Shown in pieces: positions 49,201 through 59,199 of a stretch of 64,000 bases of DNA. Below the pieces are notes generated by a model. The model did not search any database, was not told the DNA's origin, and worked only from the letters and a program-made list of their open reading frames with translations. Position numbers and translations under genes: made by a program. The stretch is from assembly GCA_013203315.1 (NCBI GenBank), contig JABMQJ010000018.1, positions 11,292 through 75,291 of the forward strand. Reading direction: 5' to 3'. Every line of letters begins with the position of its first letter. The stretch's first letter is position 1. The DNA comes from Candidatus Omnitrophota bacterium. Its GTDB lineage: Bacteria > Omnitrophota > Gorgyraeia > JABMRN01 > RBG-13-46-9.

Positions 49201-50209
49201 TATTATCATTCCCGTTTGGAACCGGCAGGAAGACCTTAAGGCTTGCGTTGATTCAATTGAAAAAAACACGCAGTATCCGTACAGGCTTCTTATCGTTGAT
49301 AATGCGAGCGACTCCGAAACAGCAGGCTATATCAATGATTTAAAAAAGGACCGGGGCGAAAATCTTCAGCTAATTAGAAACGAAGAAAACCTCGGGTTTA
49401 TAAAAGCGGTGAATAAGGGTATCGCAGCTTCGCTTGCGGAGTACGTGTGCTTATTAAACAATGATACCATTGTGACTCCCGGTTGGTTGGGAGAGATGGT
49501 AGCGCTTATGGAAAAGCGTCCCGATATCGGCATAGTAAACCCTTCGAGCAACGGCCTTGGCCAGAATCTGCCGAAAGGGGTAACACCGAATGAGTATACT
49601 TTGAGGTCGAAGAGCCAAAGCGGTCAATTTGTAGAGCTTGGAAGTGCTTTCGGGTTTTGCATGTTAATGAGGAGGAAGCTATTTGGCGAAATAGGCCTTT
49701 TTGACGAGGTTTACGGCATGGGAAACTTTGAAGATACGGATTTTTCCCTACGCGCTAAAGAAAAGGGGTATAAATCGGTGCGGGCGTTAGCCTCATACGT
49801 TTACCATAAAGAGAGCAGTTCTTTCAAGCTCCGCAGGAGTTTCAATAAAGACTTTGAAAGAAATAAAAAGATATTTGAATCTAAATGGGGCGCCACCAAA
49901 AGAGTGGTTATCGTGTTAAAAGATGCCGATAAGCAATTTCAACGCCTCGAGGGCATGCTTCGTGAGTTCGCAAAAGATAGATCCTGGATACATGTCATTT
50001 CCCCGGTTTTCCGGACAGAGAAACTGTTTAAGAAATATTCAAATCTCTCGATCTCACACTTTAAAAACTTTTTTTACGTAAAGGCCTTCTTTAAGGTTGC
50101 GTTTAAAAAGAAAAAACCCGATATCGTATATTGTGACGACAAGACGTTCCTAAATGTTTTAAAGGTATTCAACGACGCAGATAAAAAATTAATAAATGAG
50201 GTGACCTGA
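49187..50209 (+). CDS. Glycosyltransferase family 2 (paralog of the GT2 domains in 46993)
   Basis: 'CDIIIPVWNRQEDL...YRLLIVDNASDSETAGYI...LLNNDT'. Near-identical motif string to domain 1 of the preceding gene. Confidence 0.7.
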   Translation: MSSCDIIIPVWNRQEDLKACVDSIEKNTQYPYRLLIVDNASDSETAGYINDLKKDRGENLQLIRNEENLGFIKAVNKGIAASLAEYVCLLNNDTIVTPGWLGEMVALMEKRPDIGIVNPSSNGLGQNLPKGVTPNEYTLRSKSQSGQFVELGSAFGFCMLMRRKLFGEIGLFDEVYGMGNFEDTDFSLRAKEKGYKSVRALASYVYHKESSSFKLRRSFNKDFERNKKIFESKWGATKRVVIVLKDADKQFQRLEGMLREFAKDRSWIHVISPVFRTEKLFKKYSNLSISHFKNFFYVKAFFKVAFKKKKPDIVYCDDKTFLNVLKVFNDADKKLINEVT

Positions 50210-50988
50210 TGCAGAAAGTTCCCGTAACTGTTGCAGTAATAACCAAAAACGAGGAAAGCAAAATTGCGAAGTGTCTTGAAAGCCTTAAGTGGGCAGATGA
50301 AATTGTCGTTGTTGATGACGAGAGCCGCGACAAGACAGTAGAAATAGCCAAACGCTATACGGATAGGGTAGTGACAAAAAAGATGGAAGTCGAGGGAAAA
50401 CACAGGAATTACGCCTATTCATTGGCAAGAAATAACTGGGTTCTGAGCCTGGACGCGGACGAGGTTGTGTCAGACGGGCTCGAGGCGGAACTTCGGGAAT
50501 TATTTAAAACGGAGCCAAAAGACGCGGCTATCACTATACCCATCAAGACTTTTATCGGAGATTATTGGATAAGATATGGTGGCTGGTATCCTGCGTCCAA
50601 GGTAAGGCTGTTCCGAAAGGATAAATTTAAGTATGAAGAGGTCGAGGTGCATCCGCGGGTATTCATTGACGGTTCATGCGGCCACCTCAAAAAAGATATT
50701 GTTCATTATTCATATCGAGACTTTCATGACTTTTTCACAAGCCTGAACAATCAAACAACGCAGGAAGCGAAAAAATGGTTTAACGAAAAGCGAAAAATAG
50801 GTTTTCTTAAAATGATGCGCAAGTTCTACGACAGATTTTTCAGGAGTTATTTTAGGAAAAAGGGTTATAAGGACGGACTCATAGGTTTTACGGTAGCTTA
50901 CGGAAATTCACTCTATCAGCTTATGAGTTATGTTAAGTATCAATTCATGTTACGCGAGGAGCGAGGAAAATGCGAAAAGCAAAAATAA
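50209..50988 (+). CDS. Glycosyltransferase family 2, WaaE/KdtX-like (LPS-core-type)
   Basis: 259 aa. 'VAVITKNEESKIAKCLESLKWADEIVVVDDESRDKTVEIAKRY' matches WaaE/KdtX-type GT2. TGATG overlap and GAGGTGA RBS. Confidence 0.6.
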   Translation: MQKVPVTVAVITKNEESKIAKCLESLKWADEIVVVDDESRDKTVEIAKRYTDRVVTKKMEVEGKHRNYAYSLARNNWVLSLDADEVVSDGLEAELRELFKTEPKDAAITIPIKTFIGDYWIRYGGWYPASKVRLFRKDKFKYEEVEVHPRVFIDGSCGHLKKDIVHYSYRDFHDFFTSLNNQTTQEAKKWFNEKRKIGFLKMMRKFYDRFFRSYFRKKGYKDGLIGFTVAYGNSLYQLMSYVKYQFMLREERGKCEKQK

Positions 50989-51749
50989 CAGCAGGTATAA
51001 TAACAAAAAACGAGGAAAAAAATATCGCCGAGTGTATTAACCGCATCAAGGGCTGGGCAGACGAGATAATCGTAGTTGACGGATATAGCGAAGATAAAAC
51101 TGTCCCCATAGCCCAAGATTTGGGCGCCAAGGTTATAATGCACCGCTTCGAGGGCGATTTTTCAAAAGAAAGAAATGCTGTTATTGATAATGCAAAAGGC
51201 GAATGGGTGCTCCATCTGGACGCAGATGACCGCGTTACTTCTGAGTTTAAAAAGCATGTAGATGAGGTTATTGATACCGACAAGAGCGTGGATATCTATA
51301 AGTTCAAAAGAAAAAGTTTCTTTCTCGGGCATTTCATGGAAACAGGAGGATGGTACCACTACATACCGAACCTTGTGAAGCGCACGAGCGGAAGGTTTGA
51401 AGGCGTTTTACACGAAAAAGCAGTATGCCCCGGTAAGGTCGGCGTGATCGAAGCTGATATCGAGCACCACCCCTTCCAGAACATCACGCAGTTTATGGAA
51501 AGACATAACCGCTATACGTCCATAGTGGCCAAGAAAATGTTTACCGATTTCGGAAATTCTAAATTAAATGAAGTAAAGAAGAATGCCATAAGGAAAACAT
51601 TTAAAATTTTCTGGAAAATGTATGTAAAGAAAAAGGGATACAAAGGGGGCATGCACGGCCTCATTTTTTCGATACTTTTCGCATTTAATAATTTTCTCTC
51701 GTGGATTAAATACTGGGAATTGTGCCAGGAATACAAAGGAGGAGCGTGA
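50970..51749 (+). CDS. Glycosyltransferase family 2, WaaE/KdtX-like (tandem paralog of 50209)
   Basis: 259 aa. 'AGIITKNEEKNIAECINRIKGWADEIIVVDGYSEDKTVPIAQDLGAKV' is collinear with the preceding paralog. Confidence 0.6.
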   Translation: MRKAKITAGIITKNEEKNIAECINRIKGWADEIIVVDGYSEDKTVPIAQDLGAKVIMHRFEGDFSKERNAVIDNAKGEWVLHLDADDRVTSEFKKHVDEVIDTDKSVDIYKFKRKSFFLGHFMETGGWYHYIPNLVKRTSGRFEGVLHEKAVCPGKVGVIEADIEHHPFQNITQFMERHNRYTSIVAKKMFTDFGNSKLNEVKKNAIRKTFKIFWKMYVKKKGYKGGMHGLIFSILFAFNNFLSWIKYWELCQEYKGGA

Positions 51750-51750
51750 C

Positions 51751-52863
51751 GTGAAAAAGATACTAGTAACTGGAGGGGCCGGATTTATAGGCTCGCACTT
51801 GGTTGACAGATTGGTAAAAGACGGTGAAGACGTTGTCGTTTTGGATAATTTTGAACCTCAGGTTCACCAGGGTAAAAAACCCGATTATCTAAATAAGAAC
51901 GCTCGTTACGTCGATGGAGACATAAGGAATGAAAAGGCTCTGAAGGAGTCACTGGTCGGCGTCGACTCCGTATATCACCTCGCGGCCAAGGTAGGCGTTG
52001 GGCAGTCCATGTATGAAATAAAAGATTACGTTGACGGGAATACACTGGGGACAGCCTCTCTTTGGGATTACATCATAAACAAAAAAGCAAACATAAAGAA
52101 GTTTGTTGTTGCCAGCTCCATGTCCATTTACGGCGAAGGCGCGTATAAATGCGCCAAGTGCGGTGTGGCATTTCCGCATTTAAGAAATGAAGCCGACTTA
52201 AAGAAAAAAAACTGGGAACCTTTTTGCCCGGATTGCGGCGCACCCCTTGCGTCAGTTCCTACAGGTGAAGACAAAAAGCTGCTCGCCACTTCCGTATATG
52301 CCATTACAAAAAAAGACCAGGAAGAGCTTTCGCTTAATATCGGTGAAAGTTATAAGATTCCGACCGTAGCCCTACGGTTTTTCAACGTATATGGCCCCAG
52401 GCAGTCTCTCTCCAATCCCTACACCGGGGCGTGCGCAATATTTTCCTCCAGGGTTAAGAACGATAACCCGCCGATTATTTATGAGGATGGCCTACAAACA
52501 AGGGATTTTGTGGATGTCAGAGACATCGTAGAGGCATGCGTCTTAGCCATGAAAAGCGAAAAAGCCGACTATGGCAATTTTAACGTTGGTACGGGCCGGG
52601 CAATGACGATAAAAAAAGTGGCCGAGACGTTAATTGATTTATACGGTAAGGATATAAAGCCTGAAATTACAAATCAATACCGCGTGGGTGACATAAGGCA
52701 CTGCTACGCGGGCATAGAAAAAATAAAGGCAATCGGATTCGAGCCCAAGATAGACATCAAGTCCGGCTTAAAAAATTTAGTAGAATGGGGTAAAGTTGCG
52801 AAGGCAGTTGATAAAAGCGCCCAGGCGCACGAGGAACTAAAAAAGCGCCGTCTCACTTTATAG
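51751..52863 (+). CDS. NAD-dependent epimerase/dehydratase SDR with an internal zinc-ribbon insertion; GTG start
   Basis: 'ILVTGGAGFIGSHLVDRL', 'YAITKKDQE' YxxxK. An inserted 'CAKCGVAFPHL...FCPDCGAP' CxxC...CxxC segment lies between the Rossmann and substrate lobes. GTG start at 51751 after AAGGAGGAG. Confidence 0.6.
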   Translation: MKKILVTGGAGFIGSHLVDRLVKDGEDVVVLDNFEPQVHQGKKPDYLNKNARYVDGDIRNEKALKESLVGVDSVYHLAAKVGVGQSMYEIKDYVDGNTLGTASLWDYIINKKANIKKFVVASSMSIYGEGAYKCAKCGVAFPHLRNEADLKKKNWEPFCPDCGAPLASVPTGEDKKLLATSVYAITKKDQEELSLNIGESYKIPTVALRFFNVYGPRQSLSNPYTGACAIFSSRVKNDNPPIIYEDGLQTRDFVDVRDIVEACVLAMKSEKADYGNFNVGTGRAMTIKKVAETLIDLYGKDIKPEITNQYRVGDIRHCYAGIEKIKAIGFEPKIDIKSGLKNLVEWGKVAKAVDKSAQAHEELKKRRLTL

Positions 52864-52869
52864 AAATCC

Positions 52870-54987
52870 ATGATTAAATCCTTAAAAAAAGAAGCGCTAG
52901 TCGTTATGCTGGGTAGTTTTGCCGTAACGGTTAAAGCGCTTCTTTTTTTTAAAAGTTTTCTACATTTCGAGCTTGGTGATGATTACGGCATAGTAAGCTG
53001 GGTAACGATAAATAACTATCCCATGCAGTCTCACGTCTATTACTATGCGCTCTCATTTATAGCGGCGGCTTTGGGAGCGCTCATCTTTTACCTCTTTTGG
53101 AATTTTACGGGCATTATAATGGCTAAGATTTCAAAACTTTCCGCACGCGACGCATTAAAAATAGATGCTGCTACTTATGTGTTCGGTATCATAGGACTCC
53201 TTATCTTTTTTATAGACAAGGACCTTTTTCTTAAAACACTCACTTCTTTCATTACCCTTATTTTTGTGTCTAAACTTTTTGCTGTTCCATGTTATAGATT
53301 CTTTGTGAGAAATAAGGTGATAGACAATACCCGAGATGCGTTTTATGCGATTATAAAGAGACTAAAGAGAAGGCGGAAAATTATAAAAAGACAAAAGGCG
53401 TCAGTTTTCCTACAGAAACTTTTTATCTATGCCATAATACCGGTTATAATTTATTTCCTTTTTTACAAGCCTGGCTTAAACAGGCCCCTTGACTTTGTGC
53501 ACGAAGGGGATCTTTTGGCGCCGTATCAGGCGATAGAAGCCGGAGGGGTTCCGTATAGAGATTTTCACATTCCGCATGGTATTATACACGATGTCTGGCT
53601 GCCTTACGTAGGGCTTAAGCTCTTTGGCGCTACTCTCGAAGGTTTTAGAAGGTTTTACGATTTTGCAGAATGCGGGCTTATAGCGCCTTTCGGGTATATT
53701 GCTTTTTATTTTCTTTGCCTTTCATTATTCCGAAGAAAGCTTACTATTTTTCTCACGTTTTTATTTTTTACCAGCGCAACCGGTATCGCGACCCTGGCAG
53801 GCCGCCAGCTTTTCCCGATCATGGCCCTTACATTTCTGGTTTCCTTTATCGATAAAAATAAGTCCTGGAAACTCTTTGCCTCAGGAATCTCGGTAGCGAT
53901 AGCCATCATGTTTTCCATAGACTTAGGGATGCTCTCACTTGCCGCAATAACGCTTTTTCTTATTTTTTATTTCTTTGCGATGTATTTCAAGCCAAAGAGC
54001 TATAGCATAAAGTATTTTTTCACCTTCGCGGGAGGCGTTGCAGCAGGGATTTTGCCTCTCATGCTTTATCTTGCCAAGACGGGCGGCCTCAGGCAGTACT
54101 TCGATATTATAGTCAGTAATTCGATGAAGCTTTACTTCGTGATTTGTGGGTCTCCTTTCGGGGCTTACCATGAAGAAAAATATTTTCCTATCATCGTATA
54201 CCTTATAGTCACGGTGTGGCTGGTGCGGGACATTGTCTTTAGGAATTTTACAAAAACAAATCTTAAAGCTACGGCTTTGCTTATAGCGGGGGTATTCTAT
54301 TTCTATACGGCACTCCTAAAACCCGACGGTCCACACATCATATTTGCGACCTTCCCGGTGTATCTACTTGTGTTTATACCGGTTGAATCATTTTTTCTCT
54401 ACATGGGCCGAATTACGACTTGCGACAAAAAGAAACTGTGGCGCCGCGATTTTGGCAATATAGTTATCGCTTTTCTTTGTATTGTAGCGATTTTGGGGTG
54501 GGCAATAGGAAGATTCTCACCCAAACACGTAATAGAGAAGTTCGCCGAGAGAATCCAGGCGCGCAACGTCATCCCGGAAGGATACGTGCGGATTGGCATC
54601 GAACGGGCGGGCAATATCTACGTGCCGAAACCGCAAGCAGAAAAGGTACGCGCTATTGTGGAGTTTATACAAGATAACACAGAAGACGGTGACTATATAT
54701 ATGACTTTAGCAGCCAACCGCTCTATTATTTTTTGACAAACAGGAATAATCCAACCCGATACGCTTTTTTGCATTACTCCAGTACGCCGGGTCAGCAAGC
54801 GGAAGTTATCAAAGACCTTAAAGAGAATAGGCCTCAATATGTTCTTTTCGAAAATTCCGAATACGGTGGTATAGAATTTAAAAAAAGGTGTTATATAATC
54901 TGGCCGTACATAGACACAAATTATGAACCTGTTTTTGAAAAAGACGGCTTTTATATCCTAAAGATTAAGGAGGGAGTGAACTTATGA
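52870..54987 (+). CDS. Large polytopic membrane protein, putative GT-C (PMT_2/ArnT-like) glycosyltransferase paralog
   Basis: More than 12 predicted TM helices. 'HEGDLLAPYQAIEAGGVPYRDFHIPHG' is collinear with the 'DEG...PYKDFF...PPG' motif of the downstream paralogs. C-terminal soluble domain 'YIYDFSSQPLYYFLTNR' is paralogous to the C-termini of 59199 and 60791. Confidence 0.35.
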   Translation: MIKSLKKEALVVMLGSFAVTVKALLFFKSFLHFELGDDYGIVSWVTINNYPMQSHVYYYALSFIAAALGALIFYLFWNFTGIIMAKISKLSARDALKIDAATYVFGIIGLLIFFIDKDLFLKTLTSFITLIFVSKLFAVPCYRFFVRNKVIDNTRDAFYAIIKRLKRRRKIIKRQKASVFLQKLFIYAIIPVIIYFLFYKPGLNRPLDFVHEGDLLAPYQAIEAGGVPYRDFHIPHGIIHDVWLPYVGLKLFGATLEGFRRFYDFAECGLIAPFGYIAFYFLCLSLFRRKLTIFLTFLFFTSATGIATLAGRQLFPIMALTFLVSFIDKNKSWKLFASGISVAIAIMFSIDLGMLSLAAITLFLIFYFFAMYFKPKSYSIKYFFTFAGGVAAGILPLMLYLAKTGGLRQYFDIIVSNSMKLYFVICGSPFGAYHEEKYFPIIVYLIVTVWLVRDIVFRNFTKTNLKATALLIAGVFYFYTALLKPDGPHIIFATFPVYLLVFIPVESFFLYMGRITTCDKKKLWRRDFGNIVIAFLCIVAILGWAIGRFSPKHVIEKFAERIQARNVIPEGYVRIGIERAGNIYVPKPQAEKVRAIVEFIQDNTEDGDYIYDFSSQPLYYFLTNRNNPTRYAFLHYSSTPGQQAEVIKDLKENRPQYVLFENSEYGGIEFKKRCYIIWPYIDTNYEPVFEKDGFYILKIKEGVNL

Positions 54988-55679
54988 ATGCAGAGTGCTT
55001 ATCAATCGTCATGCCTGTTTATAACGAAAAAAATACGGTTTTGGAGATTGTAAATAAGGTATTAAAGCTCGAGAGTTTAAAAGAGCTCATAATTGTCGAT
55101 GACGGCTCTACGGATGGCACGAAAGAACTTATACAAAAAACCGAGTTCGACCCAAAAGTGCAAAAAGTCTTTCATGAAAAAAATACGGGCAAAGGAGCCT
55201 GTTTACGAACAGGGTTTGAAAGGGCCGAAGGAGAGATCGTAGGCATACAGGACTCGGACTTAGAATACGACCCTAATGAATTCTCCGAACTTATAGCCCC
55301 GATTCAAAAAGGCGTTGCCGATGTGGTGTATGGCTCCAGGCTCTGGGGCGGAAAACCCCAACGCGCGCATATGTTCTGGCACTTGGTAGGGAATAGGTTT
55401 TTAACCCTGGTTGCCGATGTGCTTTACAATACCACGCTCACTGACATCGAAACCTGTTATAAGGTTTTTAGACGGGACGTATTAAAGGAAATCCGCATCG
55501 AGTCCAACGGCTTCTCGGTTGAACCGGAACTCACGGCTAAAATCCTAAAAAAGAAACTTAAGGTCTATGAAATGCCTATTTCCTATTATGGCAGAACCTA
55601 TGAAGAAGGGAAGAAGATAAGCTGGAAGCACGGTTTTAGCGCGTTATGGACGCTTATAAAATATAGATTTGTCGATTAA
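54984..55679 (+). CDS. Polyprenol-phosphate sugar synthase-like GT2 (DPM1/GtrB-type, soluble form)
   Basis: 'LSIVMPVYNEKNTVLEIV...IIVDDGSTDGT...GIQDSDLEYDPNEF' is typical of dolichyl/undecaprenyl-phosphate glycosyltransferases. GGAGGGAG RBS and ATGA overlap. Confidence 0.65.
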   Translation: MNAECLSIVMPVYNEKNTVLEIVNKVLKLESLKELIIVDDGSTDGTKELIQKTEFDPKVQKVFHEKNTGKGACLRTGFERAEGEIVGIQDSDLEYDPNEFSELIAPIQKGVADVVYGSRLWGGKPQRAHMFWHLVGNRFLTLVADVLYNTTLTDIETCYKVFRRDVLKEIRIESNGFSVEPELTAKILKKKLKVYEMPISYYGRTYEEGKKISWKHGFSALWTLIKYRFVD

Positions 55680-55680
55680 T

Positions 55681-56073
55681 ATGAAGAAACTCACTCTTAT
55701 AGCCATTATAGCCTGGATAGCGATCTGGGCAAATTTTGTTGCAAGAGACTTGTTTGTAAAAGGATATTTTAAGGAGTACAAAACCCTTGCCTTACAAGAT
55801 AGCCGCGGCAAGGCGTCTTTTACGTATGGTAAACGGTTATTTGATTTCTTAAATTTTTGCAAAGAAAGCTTACCTCAATCCGCAGATTACGATTTTGTAG
55901 GTATAAAGGAACCTTCGATAGCGGGCCGCCGCGCTATTTATTATTTGTACCCGCACGTTAAAAAACGTAATGCCAGATTCTTACTAGTTTTTGAAAAATC
56001 GGGGTTAGAAAAAAAAGGCTATAAATTATTTAAAAAACTGGATGACTCCAGGTTCATACTTAAACGGATGTAA
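55681..56073 (+). CDS. Hypothetical small protein with N-terminal signal/TM helix
   Basis: Starts at the ATG at 55681 rather than the upstream TTG. 'MKKLTLIAIIAWIAIWANFVA' hydrophobic N-terminus. No other recognisable motifs. Confidence 0.3.
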   Translation: MKKLTLIAIIAWIAIWANFVARDLFVKGYFKEYKTLALQDSRGKASFTYGKRLFDFLNFCKESLPQSADYDFVGIKEPSIAGRRAIYYLYPHVKKRNARFLLVFEKSGLEKKGYKLFKKLDDSRFILKRM

Positions 56074-57467
56074 TGATAATGGGATTTTTAAGTACAATTC
56101 TTTTCATAGTCGTAACGACTTTTGCGGGATTTAACGTAATAATTCTTTTTGACAGGCAGGGTGTGCTTACCATGCTTGAGAAAATAGGGCTTTCCTATTT
56201 ATTCGGCATCGGGGCCATATCCCTGGAGCTTTTTTTCCTGTGGATTTTCGGAATCAAGCTTAACATGCTATTCATTCTCTTGCCCTGGCTATTTCTGATA
56301 GTATTAAACGTGTTAACCCGTTCGATTGGAAACGTTTTTTCACCGGCCAAACGCAGTGTCGATACGGAGAACACCCCAATTAGCATCTTCGAAAAATGGA
56401 TACTTTCGCTATTATCCTTCGAAGTCCTTTATACATTTTTTAGAAGCCTAATGCGCCCCGTAGAGGCTTACGACAGCGTTGCGATATGGTCGCTGAAGGG
56501 AAAGATTCTCTATCTTACGAAAACTCTACCCGGTGAATTTTTTAATATGCTAAGTGCGACTTTCCACGGCGTACATCCCGATTACCCGCTTCTTGTGCCT
56601 TTTTCAGAAGCTTGGTTCTATACGCTTTTTAATAATTTTAATGATTACCTGGTGAAAATTATTTTTCCGCTGAATTTTACGGCATTTTTACTTGTTTTTT
56701 ATTCGGTTTTAAGAAGGGTAACGCATAAAAGAAACCTCGCACTATTTTTTACATTTGCATTAGCTTCCGTGAAACAATTTAACGATTATGCCACGATCGG
56801 GGTCGCTGACCTGCAAACGGCAATTTACGCGTTCCTGGCATTCGGATTTTTGTTTATATGGGCAAGAGAAAAAAACACCGTGTATCTTTTTATAAGCGGC
56901 CTCTCTTGCGTATTTGCCTTTTTTACAAAGAACGAGGGAAGTGTTGTTCTTTTGACAATGGTGGGCATGCTTCTTGCCTTCGCTGTCAGGCCGTTTTTCG
57001 GAAAGAAGCTTTCGCTGAATAGCAGAGCTATAATTTTTGCAATTTTTACCCTATCCGCCTTATTGCTTGGCTGGTCATTGTTTAAGGCCGGCATGCACCT
57101 TGAGAACGATGTTATTAATGCGGAAACTTTTCGGAATATTAGGCTTGTTACTATGTCAAAAAGATTGATACCGATAGCTTACGAATACCAAAAACATATA
57201 TTCGGTTTTAAAAAGTGGAATTTAATATGGATAGCTTTTCTATGCGCGATTTTTGTAAAATCACCGAAATTATCGTTTGGAAGACATAAGCTTATACTTT
57301 TCCCTACACTGGCTATTTTGGCAGGGTACACGGTCATTTATTTAATAACACCGCAGAGCATAAGCTGGCACTTAGCAGCATCGGCAAGCCGTCTTCTCAT
57401 TCACATTCTTCCGCTTGCCGTATTTTTTGTAGCACTTAGAATAAACGACTTATATTATGAAAAATAG
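56073..57467 (+). CDS. Polytopic membrane protein (possible glycan-processing GT-C/O-antigen-related protein)
   Basis: About 11 predicted TM segments. TAATG overlap start. Sits inside the GT-C paralog array but lacks the clear DEG...PPG motif. Confidence 0.3.
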   Translation: MIMGFLSTILFIVVTTFAGFNVIILFDRQGVLTMLEKIGLSYLFGIGAISLELFFLWIFGIKLNMLFILLPWLFLIVLNVLTRSIGNVFSPAKRSVDTENTPISIFEKWILSLLSFEVLYTFFRSLMRPVEAYDSVAIWSLKGKILYLTKTLPGEFFNMLSATFHGVHPDYPLLVPFSEAWFYTLFNNFNDYLVKIIFPLNFTAFLLVFYSVLRRVTHKRNLALFFTFALASVKQFNDYATIGVADLQTAIYAFLAFGFLFIWAREKNTVYLFISGLSCVFAFFTKNEGSVVLLTMVGMLLAFAVRPFFGKKLSLNSRAIIFAIFTLSALLLGWSLFKAGMHLENDVINAETFRNIRLVTMSKRLIPIAYEYQKHIFGFKKWNLIWIAFLCAIFVKSPKLSFGRHKLILFPTLAILAGYTVIYLITPQSISWHLAASASRLLIHILPLAVFFVALRINDLYYEK

Positions 57468-59199
57468 CGCCAAAAAACATAAAGGATTCATGATTGCAGC
57501 CCTTGTAATATTTGCTTTTCTTTATTTTTTGTTTTTTGCAAGGTTCGATTTAATGGCCGGAGATGAGGGGTATTTTAACATCGTAAGCTACAGGATGATA
57601 GAAGGCGAGGTTCCATATAGAGATTTTTTTCTGCACACACCACCGGTCTCTTATCTTCTAGAGACGGGTGTTTTTAGCGTATTTGGGCAGGACTTTATTG
57701 TGGGCAGGGTTACGACCGCGATTACGGGCGTTTTAATAACCATTCTTTTATTTTTAGTAGCATCGCGTGTTTCTGATGTGCCGTTCTCTCTTGTGCCCGG
57801 CTTAGTTTTCATATTTTGGGGCACCTCCCACATACCGTATCCGTCGTTTAACTGGCATGGCCTTCTGGTGGCCCTTGGGGTCATGCTCGCTCTATTTAAA
57901 TTTACGGATTCCGGAAAACGTAAATTTCTCGTAGCGGTGGGGATTCTCGTAGGGCTTCTTTGTCTTATCAAACAGAATCTTGGCGCAGCTGCTATTATTT
58001 CCGTAGCGATTTATCTATGGCTTTATAGGCCAAAAAAGATTGACGTTTTTATCGATTATGCGTTTACAGGCATAGGAGGCGTTCTCGCAGGTTTTCCGAT
58101 AATACTATATTTTTACAAAAACGGCGCGTTACAAAGCATGCTTTTTTACCTCTTTAATTTTTCTTCGGATACCCTGAAATTAAGAATGGAACTCTTTCCG
58201 TTTCCGCACCTTAAGCCCATGACTTTTTTTCTGTTAGGCTTATATCTTTTACTGGGCTACGCGCTCGTAAGAGCGAGCTTCCGAAAAAAATACGTCTTAT
58301 TTTTTGCGACGATTTCTACAATTGTTTTAGGGACTGCATTTTTTTATGGATTTGCCACCAAGAACGCTGTTCTCTACGCGAATGATCACATAAAAGAGGG
58401 CATTATAAACGGATTTTTTAATCTCCCTGCTTTTTGCATTATAATGATTTTATTTTTGCTGTTATCAAAAGCTATAAAAAAAGTTGCAACCAGCCAAAGG
58501 GACCTATATTTACGCTTTGCGGTCATATTTTCCATTTTCTATATCTGGTTCGGCCTTATTAAGTCACGCGATCTTTTGCACCTGATACCGACGATGCCGA
58601 TAGCGTACCTCTTTTTTGGATATTTACTGGCTTTTGCGTACAACGCATATAAGGCGAAATTGGGGCAGAGCATGATGCTAAAAACATATTATTTTATTGT
58701 GCCAGTTATTTTCTTTTGCCTTTTCGGGTTATATACAAATATGAATAACGAAACATTCAAGTTTTCTTCCACGCCGCTTACAGAAATGAATTATTCTCCG
58801 GCTATTGAAAGAGCGAAACACCTCATAGTTGAAAAGAAAAAAGGAAAAGACATGGAGGAGCTTGTAAAATACATAGATTCCCACACGCGCCCCAATGAGA
58901 AGATATTCCTTTTTCACATAGACTCCTCCTTTTATATACTGGCTGACAGGTCCCCTGCCACTTTTCATACGTTTTTTATACCGGATGCCTTTCGGTCAGA
59001 AGACCAGGAGAGGGTAATAAGGGAATTAGACGGGAACAAGGTAAGACTCGTCGTTTGCAAGAAAAGAATATACGATAGGTGGGAGGCCGTGGGTGATGCA
59101 AAGAAAGACTGGCCCACAGCCCGCATCGAGAAATTTCTACGTACAAATTTCTATGTAAAAAAGATCATGGGCCTAAATTATATTTTGATGAGAAAATAA
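57457..59199 (+). CDS. Putative GT-C (PMT_2/ArnT-like) membrane glycosyltransferase, paralog 1 of 3 tandem copies
   Basis: 'MAGDEGYFNIVSYRMIEGEVPYRDFFLHTPPVSYL...FGQDFIVGRVTT' matches the PMT_2/ArnT first-loop DE...PP...FG.S..R pattern. Multi-TM core plus C-terminal soluble domain. Confidence 0.4.
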   Translation: MKNSAKKHKGFMIAALVIFAFLYFLFFARFDLMAGDEGYFNIVSYRMIEGEVPYRDFFLHTPPVSYLLETGVFSVFGQDFIVGRVTTAITGVLITILLFLVASRVSDVPFSLVPGLVFIFWGTSHIPYPSFNWHGLLVALGVMLALFKFTDSGKRKFLVAVGILVGLLCLIKQNLGAAAIISVAIYLWLYRPKKIDVFIDYAFTGIGGVLAGFPIILYFYKNGALQSMLFYLFNFSSDTLKLRMELFPFPHLKPMTFFLLGLYLLLGYALVRASFRKKYVLFFATISTIVLGTAFFYGFATKNAVLYANDHIKEGIINGFFNLPAFCIIMILFLLLSKAIKKVATSQRDLYLRFAVIFSIFYIWFGLIKSRDLLHLIPTMPIAYLFFGYLLAFAYNAYKAKLGQSMMLKTYYFIVPVIFFCLFGLYTNMNNETFKFSSTPLTEMNYSPAIERAKHLIVEKKKGKDMEELVKYIDSHTRPNEKIFLFHIDSSFYILADRSPATFHTFFIPDAFRSEDQERVIRELDGNKVRLVVCKKRIYDRWEAVGDAKKDWPTARIEKFLRTNFYVKKIMGLNYILMRK

